A DNA stretch of 59,199 nucleotides from Salisapilia sapeloensis CBS 127946 (Eukaryota; Protista; Oomycota): the NCBI GenBank assembly GCA_023334545.1, contig JAADVB010000103.1:1-59199 (forward strand), given 5' to 3'. Below the pieces are notes generated by a model that worked only from the letters and a program-made list of their open reading frames with translations, was not told the DNA's origin and did no database searches. The position numbers and the translations under genes are program-made. The first letter of the stretch is position 1. Every line of letters starts with the position of its first letter. This document shows positions 10,804 to 20,762 of the stretch, one piece after another.

Positions 10804-13800
10804 ATGGAGGCAGCAGCCGATGTTGCGCAGGATGCGACGCCAGCGTCGGCTTCGAGCAGTGGCCACGTCTCTCCAGACGAGCACGCGCTTACGAATGGCC
10901 GTAGACGCCGTGCGAAGAAGGTGAAGTACGTGGACGAGGACGAGGAACAGCTATCGGAAGAAGAGGAGGCGGAGCGCGCAAACAAGCGACAGCGCGCGAG
11001 GCAGTTAGACTGCCAGACACAATCGGTACGTCGACTATGGTCATTTTTATAGGAACACGTTTCTCATCATGCTTATGGCGTAGGACACGGATCAGCCGAT
11101 TCTAGACCACTTTGTTGGTCGTCGAGTGAATGCTAAGAGCGGCATGGTCGAGTACTTGTGCAAATTCGTCGGCCGATCGTACTTGCATCTATGGTGGCTG
11201 ACGTTTGACGAGATTTATCCGTTCAAGACGGACGACTATCGTATGCATGATCCAGTCCTTGTGTACGATCGGAAGCTCAAGCGCGACGGGTATCAGGATC
11301 TCGACGACGTGGATGACTTGGAAGCAAATAAAATCACGGTGGAAAAGATTTTGAACCACAAGACAGCGCCGACGGATGATCTAGACGACCAGATCGAGAG
11401 CGCTCGACAGAGCCTTCCGTTTCCACAGCCATATCCTCGTGTGACGGACTACTTTTTGCTAGAACATGCAGACGCAGTGGCGGAGCGTATGAATGGCATT
11501 GTGAAGAAGTTGATGAATGAGAATGGTGGTGATATCTTCCAGCATCCAGTCGATACGGAAGACGTTCCAGATTACTTGAACATCATTAACAATCCGATGG
11601 ATCTCGGTACGATCCAAAATCGTCTGGCGCGAGAAAGTTACTACGTCGGCCCTGCTGGCGTCTCGCTCTTCGCTTCGAACGTCCGACTGGTGTTTGAGAA
11701 CTGCAAGACGTACAACCAAGAAGGTTCTGCGATCTGGAACATTGCCGACGAGATCCTCAAGACGTTTGAAAAGTGGTTGTACGAATGGCTGTTAAGTCCT
11801 AGTGCTTGGATGCGACTTGCATCCACTGGCGACGTCGAAGAAGATGAGAAACTCGAGAAGAAGTTTGACAAAGCAGCCAAGAAAAGTTATGCGTCATGGC
11901 TGCCATGGGAACTCGGGTGTTCTGTATGTGAAAGCAATGGGGATAGTGAACACTTGCTCCTGTGTGACAGATGCGATGGTGAAGTACACATGCATTGCTG
12001 TTCTCCAAAGGTGACGGAGCTACCGGATGGAGACTGGTTGTGCTTTTACTGTCAAAAACGTCAGCAGTTCGAGTCTGAAGTGAAGCAGCTGCAGGCGACA
12101 ATCAAACAGACGGAAGAACCAGTGGACGGGTCGGAGGAAACGATCCAGACGAGATCAACGACACCAAAGTCTCCTACGACAAGACTGCAATCGATCCCTC
12201 GCATCGTGAATCAACCTCTTGAAGACGATCGGAAGGTGAATCGGAACACTTCGAACAGCATTAAACCGACGAAAGCTCCTGCATCCACTCACAAGTCACA
12301 CGGGACGCTCTTCCTCGTCAAATGGGTCGGTCTCTCCGTCCGTTTTTCGACGTGGGAGAAACCGGAAGACATTGGAGATGATGAGCAGATCCAGCGCTAC
12401 TTCAAGTTCAGTCGTGTCCCGACGCAGAAGGAGATCCAAGAGACGACTTGTCAGCTCCCTTGCTGTTCCCAACGAAACCAGTTCTTCCTAAACTCGACGT
12501 TAAATACTCAGCGATGTGATAAAGACCGCTTCTGTACACTCGGATTCAAGCACGAAGGCGCGTGTAGTCGGAATGTGAACAAAGCGCAGAACGCCTATGG
12601 GAGTGCTGGGTATCGTAAGACACGGATGGTAGAGCAGGTTAAAGCACAGCTCTTTGCCTTCCACAGTCTCTTGAACAACCATGCGCCGGACAAGTCTGTG
12701 CTGAAGCAATGTGGCGTGCATACGAGTGCTTACGTCGCGAAGAAACAGTTTCTGACGCCTGCGAGTGGACATGGGAAAGCTGTGACGAAAGAAGGGGATG
12801 AAGATTACTCTGTCAGTGATGATTCAGAGTCTTCGGATGATGAAGAGGAGCTTGGGGATGTCGAGGAAGATCTCGGATTGTCCAGAGCTGCACTTCTGTA
12901 CGATACGGTGGAGACAGAGGCGGAGGCGACAGAGGAAGTGAGCTTTAAGAACGTGACGGATGAAGTGAGTGAAGTCATGAGCGCGATGGTAGAACACGTT
13001 GCGATTGGGTACCCGACGGAGCTCAAGAAGGCTGCGTCGCGCGTCGCCTTTACCTGTCGATACACTCCGTCTGCCATGCGCCACCTGCCTACGTTTACAG
13101 AGTACAGTGTCGCGCTCCGTCGCACGCCGTTTGGACTCGGCATGCGCCTTGGTGTGAGTGAGAATGGAGGCTTTGCGACCGTCCTGGGCTTCCAACGCTT
13201 AAACAATGGGATGCTCGGACCTGCGGAAGCTTGCGGCGTCATTACGCTCAACGACGTGCTGGTGGCAGTGAACCAGACGCCCGTGACGGGCATGGCGTTC
13301 TCAGATATCGTCAAGCTGATCAACGCATCCACCGACTTTGTCCACTTTTGTTTCCACTCGCAACAACCAGCGCATGCGTATCCTCTTGTGTGCAATCCGA
13401 GGCAAGTGCAGCGGATTATTGCGCCCGGAGCAGAGCATGCTGCCGGCCCGTCCGAGTACCTTCCATACAGCTACAATTCGTACCACAAGCTCCTAAAGAT
13501 CGGATCGGAGGAAGTGAATGTCCCGAGTACACTTGCCTCGACATTCGTGACGCCGACGGGACCGATGGGACACTTGTATGCTGGTATCATCGACAATAGT
13601 ATCGATCCGCATGAACACTTTGCGAGCTTCTTACCGGAGAAGAAACGTCCTGCCGCGACGACGGACAAGAGCAAGGATTCGAAGAAGGATGAGTTTATCC
13701 CGTATGAGCAGTCTCCGACGTTCAAAGGCGGTCGGACGCTCCGGAGCTATCAGGTGGAAGGGATGAACTGGATCATCTCGTGCTTCAAGGCCCAGCGGTC

Positions 13801-16800
13801 TTGTATTTTAGCAGACGAGATGGGACTGGGGAAGACGGTGCAGGTGGTGTCCGTGCTGGATCACTTGCGGACGGAAGAGTCGATTCGAGGACCGTATCTG
13901 ATCGTCGTGCCGCTCTCGACCATTCAGCACTGGCGACGGGAGATCGAGAGCTGGACGGACTTGAACGTCTGTGTCTATCATGACATTGGCGACCGAGGCG
14001 GGTCGAGGTACACTGCCAAGGACATGCGTGCAGTCATTCGAGAGCAGGAGTGGTACTATCCTCAGCTAGGCAACTCGATCTTCCGCTTCAACGTCCTCTT
14101 GACGACGTACGAGACAGTAAGTGCTGACATTGATGAGCTAGAGCACATCCACTGGCGTCTTTTGGTGGTAGATGAAGCGCATCGATTGAAGAACTCTGGG
14201 TCGAGAGTGCTCAAGCAAATGCGTGTGCTCAACTGTGATCGGAAGCTATTGCTTACAGGAACTCCTTTGCAAAACAATACGCAGGAGCTATGGGTCTTGC
14301 TAAATTTCTTGGAACCTGTCAAGTTCAACGACATGGAAGCGTTTAATGAAAAGTTTGGTCAATTGAGATCGCAGGAGCAAGTCATGGCACTTCAGAAGAT
14401 CATCAGTCCGTACATTATGCGTCGCGTTAAGGAAGATGTGGAAAAGAGTATTCCACCCAAGGAAGAGACGATCGTATCTGTTGAACTGACGACGCTTCAG
14501 AAACAGTACTATCGTGCGATCTATGATAAGAACAAGAGTTTTCTCTATCGTGGCACGAAGAATGGGTTGCCGACGTTGAATAACATCCAGCTGCAGCTAC
14601 GTAAATGCTGTAACCATCCTTTCTTGATTAAAGGCGTGGAAGATCGAGAAGTGGAGGAGCTCGGTCCACACTTTGAACGTGACAAGGTGATTGAAAAGAC
14701 CGTATCTTGTTCAGGTAAGATGGTGTTCATTTCGAAGCTCCTCCCGAAGCTTCAGCGTGAAGGACATAAGGTGCTTATCTTTAGTCAATTCTTGAAGCAA
14801 CTCGATCTGCTCGAACGCTATTGTGACTTTCATAACTTTGGGTATGAACGTCTGGATGGATCGACTGGTGGGAGTTTACGACAGAATGCAATCGATCGAT
14901 TCTCTCGTCCGAATTCCAAGAGCTTTGTCTTTCTCTTGAGTACAAAGGCAGGTGGTGTCGGTATCAACTTGATTGCCGCTGATACGGTCATTATCTTTGA
15001 TAGCGATTGGAACCCACAGAATGATTTACAAGCACAGAGTCGAGCGCATCGAATTGGGCAGAAGAAGTCAGTGCAGATCTATCGACTCGTGACGCGAAAT
15101 ACGTACGAAAGCGAGATGTTCGATCGAGCGTCTCGGAAACTTGGTCTGGAGCATGCGATCCTCGGCACGACTTCCTTTAGCGAGACGGCTCCGATGGAGA
15201 AACCGTCGGCAGAGCAACTCGTCGAGCTGCTTAAGAGAGGAGCGTATGCGCTGATGGAAGATGAGGACGACAGTGCGTCGAAAGCGTTTGCCGAGCGGGA
15301 TATCGAGACGATTTTGAAGGAACATACGGTTGTTCGAGTCGTGAAGCAAGGGAAGACGGAGGAGGAGGGTGAGTCGAGTGATTCGGAAGGACCAGCACAG
15401 TCTCCAGGACGTAAGAAGAAGGTGAGGTCGCTCGGAGGTCTAGCTGTCGATCGATCGTCGTTTGTCGCGGAAGGCTCCACGGGCGAGTTGTCTGTGGACG
15501 ACCCGAACTTTTGGGAAAAGGTGCTCCCAGGTGCCGTGTCGTTCGAGATGTTGAATCTCAAGTTGGAAGATGGTAGTGCCGTGAGCTCTCGACAGGCCAA
15601 GATCAAGTTCATGAACAACTTGGAGATCGCGTTGGATGGGCTGGTGGAAGATATGCAGACGAGTCAGTCGGAAGACGTGCGCTTTGGTGTGAATCTAGAG
15701 CATGAGTTCGACATGGCGTTCCAAGTGCTTCAGACGATGACTGCCAAGTATCGAGAGGACTTTTCAGAAGACCAGTTGGATATCGCTCGAGATAAGATGG
15801 CGCAGTTGGAGCAGACGAGACGACGGAACCGACGTGCTGCTGCAGGGCCGCAAGTCCAAGTAGATGCAGAGGAAGCTTCTCCTCCTCGAAGACGTCGACG
15901 AAGAGGCAATAAGACTGCGAATGACGACAGCGAAGACAGTGATGCGCATAAGAGACGCAAGGTAGCGAAGACGCATAAGAAGAGCAGTCGACGGAAGAAG
16001 GTGCCGGAGCGAGCGATCCCGAACTCGTTCCAGCCCCAGTCGTCGTCCTTTAACGGCAGCGTAATTAACTCGAGCGACGACCTCTGTACGTTATGTGGCG
16101 ACGGTGGGTTCATCATCCTGTGCGACGGTCCGTGCCACCGGTCGTTCCATCTCGAGTGCGTCGGCATGAAGTCTGAGCCAGAGGACGAGAACTGGCTGTG
16201 TCCAGACTGTGCTGCCGGGAGACACATGTGTCTTGTCTGCAAGCAGGTAGGCGAGATGGGCACGGAGTTTGGTGTCATCCAGTGCGCCGTCGCCAAGTGC
16301 GGTCGCTTCTACCACAAGGGTTGCATCGCAGAGCACCCGCGGGTCGAGTGGGTGGGTAAGCAGCGTTTCCGCTGTCCGAGCCACTTTTGCCACGGGTGTC
16401 CACCGGCGGAAGCAGTGGCTAAGAGCAAGAAGAAGGGCAGGAGGAAGAAGAACGAGGCTGTCGTCCGATGCATCCACTGTGAACAAGCGTACCATACGTC
16501 GTGCATCAAGTCGACGGACCAGTTCATGCGTCTTTCGACCAACCTCATGATCTGTGCTTCACATCTCGAAGGCAAGCGTGCGCCTGCTCGCGCGGAGAAG
16601 ATTACGCCTGCGAAACCTTCGACACGTGCGGAGAGACGGAAGAAATCAGGAGGCAAGTCAGCGCCGTTGAAAGCTTCGAAACGAAAGAGGAATGAAAGTG
16701 TGTCGAATGCACAGGAAGAAGAAGTGGATTCAGATGCAGTAGAGAAGAAGAAGGAGTGTGCGTTTTGTCATCGTGGAGACGTCGGGCCGGTGCAGGATGA

Positions 16801-17595
16801 GAAGAATAAACTGGATGGACAAGCACCGGAAGGACCGTTCTTGGATGCACCCGTCCGCTTCCAACGACTGGATAAGACATCGGAGAATGTCTACGTCCAC
16901 ATGAATTGTGCGCTCCAGTCTCCAGAAGTATACGTCAAGGAGGATGGACAGTTTTGTAATCTACAGGCAGCCATTCGACGTGGACGTCAAATGAAGTGCT
17001 CTTTATGCAAACGCTTTGGCGCGACGGTCGGGTGCGTCGTCGAATCCTGTCGATGCAACTTCCACTTGCGATGTGCCCTGAAGAGTGGAGGAGGATACGT
17101 CGACTCGGCGTACTCGTTCTATTGCAAGACGCATGCAGCGGAGAAACGTACGGAGAGTCCGACTTATTGCATTTGTGGCGCGACGGAGGAAGACGATGAC
17201 GACCTTCGGCTCAAGTGTTCGACTTGTGGCTCGCGCTTCCACCCGAGATGCTTGAACATGTCCGATAGACAGGCTGGGATCTTCATGAAGGACGAAGACT
17301 GGGTCTGCTTCTCCTGTGGCGACGTCAAGATGGTACCTTTTGCGCATATAGTAACTCACAGGATATATATTGATCGTGTATGGCGTACTAGGCTCAATCG
17401 CATGGCGTCAAGACGCTAGAAGATGAAGGCGCAGAGCAGGAGGAGAAGGAGAAACCAGCGAGACGGAAACGCGCTTCTGGTCGGAAAGGCAAGTTGACGA
17501 TGCGGAAGCGAGCCAAGCCGAGTAAAGAAGCGAGTCCTGTGGACGAGACGGCGCAGGACGATGGCGAGAGCGACTTTGGATCTGAAAGTACCTAG
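10804..17595 (+). CDS. CHD6-9-like SNF2 chromatin remodeller with chromo, bromo, PHD, PDZ, NSD-type PHDs and extended PHD (3 exons, ~2,240 aa)
   Basis: SNF2 motifs CILADEMGLGKT, VDEAHRLKN, LLLTGTPLQN, LRKCCNHPFL, LLSTKAGGVGINL, QAQSRAHRIGQ. Introns 11026-11083 and 17333-17391 extend ORF 11126..17419; stop TAG 17593-17595. Alternative ATG at 10795. Confidence 0.93.
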
Positions 17596-17917
17596 CTTTT
17601 TGGCGCTAGGACGTAGTAAGAGTAGTCGACGATATACACTGGCAACATGCAACAAACGCGAATGAGGTGGTAATCTTGTTTTCTTTTACGCGGTTCAGAA
17701 TTGTTCCATACGCTTGCTCTGACAAGTTGATCAAGGACTCGTCTCGCGTGTCATCGATAGTAGGACCACGGAAGAAGGGTGTCGAGGCAAGTGTAAAGGC
17801 ACGATGCCACTGAGAATAAATAGAAAAGAAGAGGCGCCGTGTCTCTCCGTTTCCCTCTCCAGCCCTCTTCACGTGGACCGTTCTAGTCGACGCCCAAGAG
17901 ACGTTCCCGTTACTACG

Positions 17918-19297
17918 TCACTGGATGGTACATAGGTCGCCCTGTCGAGGCGCTGGGTCTGCCGGAGCTTCTACTTGTGAGTCGGTGTTTTCTCGCAAGG
18001 TCTTCATCGTGGATGCGACGTTTGAAGTGAAGTACGGCTGCCACACACGTCGGTAGAGGAATCGAGCTGGGAGCGGCATCATGTCCTGGATCGACTGGTG
18101 TTCCGCCTCACCTCCCCACGCTCTACTCCGCTCCAGAATCCACGGCACAACGAGTCGCTTGGCTTTGATGCCGCGGAAGATGCGTGGCATGACGTACTTT
18201 TGGAACGTCTCCTGCGTAAAAGTGGCACACAGCGCGGCGTGGAGCGTCTTCTCTTCGAGATTGAGAACAGCGTGGAGAGTCATGTTGAGCCTTCGGATGA
18301 GCCCTTGGAGGTCATCGAGCTTGGCGAGCCATGCAGATGGGTCGCTGTCGCCTAGCGGACAGAGAACTGCTTGCTGTCTTTGCACTTGACGCAACATGTC
18401 TTCCACTTCTTCGTACGTCTTGGCAACTTCGAGTTTCGTAGAGTACTTCAGTGGCAAGAGCGGATGCAAGACAGTCGTCTTGAGTTCATATTGACACGTG
18501 AGGTACTCGACAAAGTAAGATCGGAACCACGCAAAGAACTCTCGGACGTGCGTCTCGAGCGCTTGGAGCTGTTGTAGCTCGTGGCTTTGTTCGAGGAAAT
18601 TGTCCATGACGAAAAGCGCGTGACGGACGGGTTCATGGAAACCTAAGAGGAAACGAGATGCCCAGCTCCACTCTTGCTGCTGGGTGAAGACGACGGAGAA
18701 GATGACGGACCCGTCTTTCGTCGATGGAGGAGGCACTGCCGATGACATAGAGCTCTTTAAAAAGTCGTTCTTGGACGACGTTGGTGATTCTTCGTGCATT
18801 TCCAATGGAGCTGTCTTCTCATCCTCTCCACTCAGCGTATACTCGCTGACTTCGTCCAAGTCCGAGTGCGGCTTTTCAAGTTCTTCTAGGGATAACTCGG
18901 TCAGGTTCTGTCTCGACGATAAATCGTCGTCTTCGAATGCAGTGTGTCCATCGCTCAGGATGGGGGACATGATCTCCTGTGGATCCGTGTCTGGAGCGAC
19001 TTCGTTCGAGTCACGCGGAGCTGCTGGTGGCGTTAAGAGCCAGAAGTTGGCATCATGCATTTCGAGTGGCGGGTATTCCTGTCGATACTCATTGACACTC
19101 GTGAGGACATGAGCGACTTGGCTGATGTCGATATACGGCGTCGCGCTCGCCTTTCGTCGCTTCTTGTCTTTCACGGACGAATGCACGTCACGTGTCGGTC
19201 GTTTGCGTCCCCAAATGTTTTCATAAAACTCGCTCTGTGTGTCGTCTTCTTCGACGGTTGCCACGTCGGCCGGCCAGTATAAGCCACTGGTGCTCAT
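17918..19297 (-). CDS. Protein with disordered N-terminus and degenerate hemerythrin-like (HHE) helical domain
   Basis: 459 aa intronless ORF; FHEPVRHAL...FFAWFRSYFVEYL...VLHPLL...LNLEEKTL resembles the hemerythrin helix pattern. Confidence 0.6.
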   Translation of the reverse strand: MSTSGLYWPADVATVEEDDTQSEFYENIWGRKRPTRDVHSSVKDKKRRKASATPYIDISQVAHVLTSVNEYRQEYPPLEMHDANFWLLTPPAAPRDSNEVAPDTDPQEIMSPILSDGHTAFEDDDLSSRQNLTELSLEELEKPHSDLDEVSEYTLSGEDEKTAPLEMHEESPTSSKNDFLKSSMSSAVPPPSTKDGSVIFSVVFTQQQEWSWASRFLLGFHEPVRHALFVMDNFLEQSHELQQLQALETHVREFFAWFRSYFVEYLTCQYELKTTVLHPLLPLKYSTKLEVAKTYEEVEDMLRQVQRQQAVLCPLGDSDPSAWLAKLDDLQGLIRRLNMTLHAVLNLEEKTLHAALCATFTQETFQKYVMPRIFRGIKAKRLVVPWILERSRAWGGEAEHQSIQDMMPLPARFLYRRVWQPYFTSNVASTMKTLRENTDSQVEAPADPAPRQGDLCTIQ

Positions 19298-19634
19298 TCA
19301 GACCTGCGTACATAAATATACTTTTAGTGCTGCCTGCATGCCATGGGAAAGGAGTCAGCTTACGTCTCAAGCGTAAGAAGATGGAGTGGATATCAAGAGA
19401 AAAAAGGAACAAGATGGGAGAGAAGATGCCGAACCCAATGGAGCACAGCGATGGAGCGCAGGAGCTAGGCGAGTACGATCGGAGAGAAAGTCTACGGTCC
19501 TTCGAATTGGAAGGGTGGAATGGGCGCGAGATGCGAACGGTCTGAGGCGTTACAACTGTCGAGTGAGGGCAGGATCCAGCGCTCGACAAGTACGAATAGC
19601 TAATGAGCGACATACGACTAGAAAGCGACCAGGT

Positions 19635-20430
19635 TTATTTTCGATCAGCAGCCATCGTTGGCGTTTCGACGAGCGGATGGGGCTTGACCAACGTTCCGGA
19701 CTGACGGAGTCTATCTACTACTGCCTGTTCTAGCTTTTGCATCTGTAGGTTCATCGCACTCTCATCGGCTGTGGTCAGCGGGGACGTCCGGACGGTGTAG
19801 AGACCTGCGAGGCGAGGTGAGTTATCAGAATACAAGAGATGGTGTGGGACGCTTGCCATTCTGGTTGCCGAAAAGAACGTCTGTCGCGTATCGATCTCCG
19901 ATCATGATCAAGCACTGCGCGTCGACTTGGAAGTGGTGTGTCAAGGCTTGTATACCATTAGGCTTTTTCGTATTATGGCGTAGCACAGGTAACCCGAGTT
20001 CCTTTTCGAGTTGATCGGCCAAGAGAAAACCTTTGTCTTCACTCGATCCAGCCGTGTTCGAGAACACCACGACGTTCTGATCACCGAAAACGCGTCGGCA
20101 TTCTGCTAGCGGTTTCTACTTTTCGACTCAATTTCCATGCAAACAGGTGCAACTAGGCTAGTCACCTCGACGGACGGAGCGAGTGTCTTTCCGTGCGGTG
20201 TCGTCAATGTATTATCCTTGTCAAAGACGACGCCATGGAATCCCTTGTCTTTTAATTGCTGGAAAGGCACTTCATTTAGCTCTAAAAACCTCCTTTAGTA
20301 TCTTTTGACGACCATATTGATACAGTCGAATACCGTGGACGGATAGATGAGGTAGCAGTATCTCTGGCTCTCGTAGTAAGATGCGACAGAACTCAGTCAC
20401 GCCACGGAGATTAAGTCCCGGGAGCCCCAT
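19635..20430 (-). CDS. GEP4: Mitochondrial phosphatidylglycerophosphate phosphatase (HAD IIIA, Gep4/PGPP1 family), 4 exons
   Basis: After splicing: GLNLRG..., VVFDKDNTLT (HAD motif I), VFSNTAGSSED, RHNTKKP, MIGDRYATDVLFGN. Confidence 0.9.
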
Positions 20431-20762
20431 GACGGCGTGGAATGGAATCGAGGGTGTTGCATTTTGACCAATGATAACTGCCGATTGATAAAACGAGCCA
20501 ATAAAACCTCGATTGCGTACTCGATTTTTTTTCGCAGCAAAATTGTGAAAATAGCTCAGCTCTCGTGCTCCTTCCTCCCGATCGCTCGAGCTACTTTTGC
20601 ATCGAACAAGGCGATCGTAAGCTACAAGTAGACCAGTCGGTGGTCTAGTATACGTAGTATTTGAATTCACGAGTTTTTATAGTTGCATTCGAAGTGTATA
20701 GAGCGACATACGACGACGTAGAGAAATTCGCTCGTGAATCGACTGCATACCATATTAAAGTC

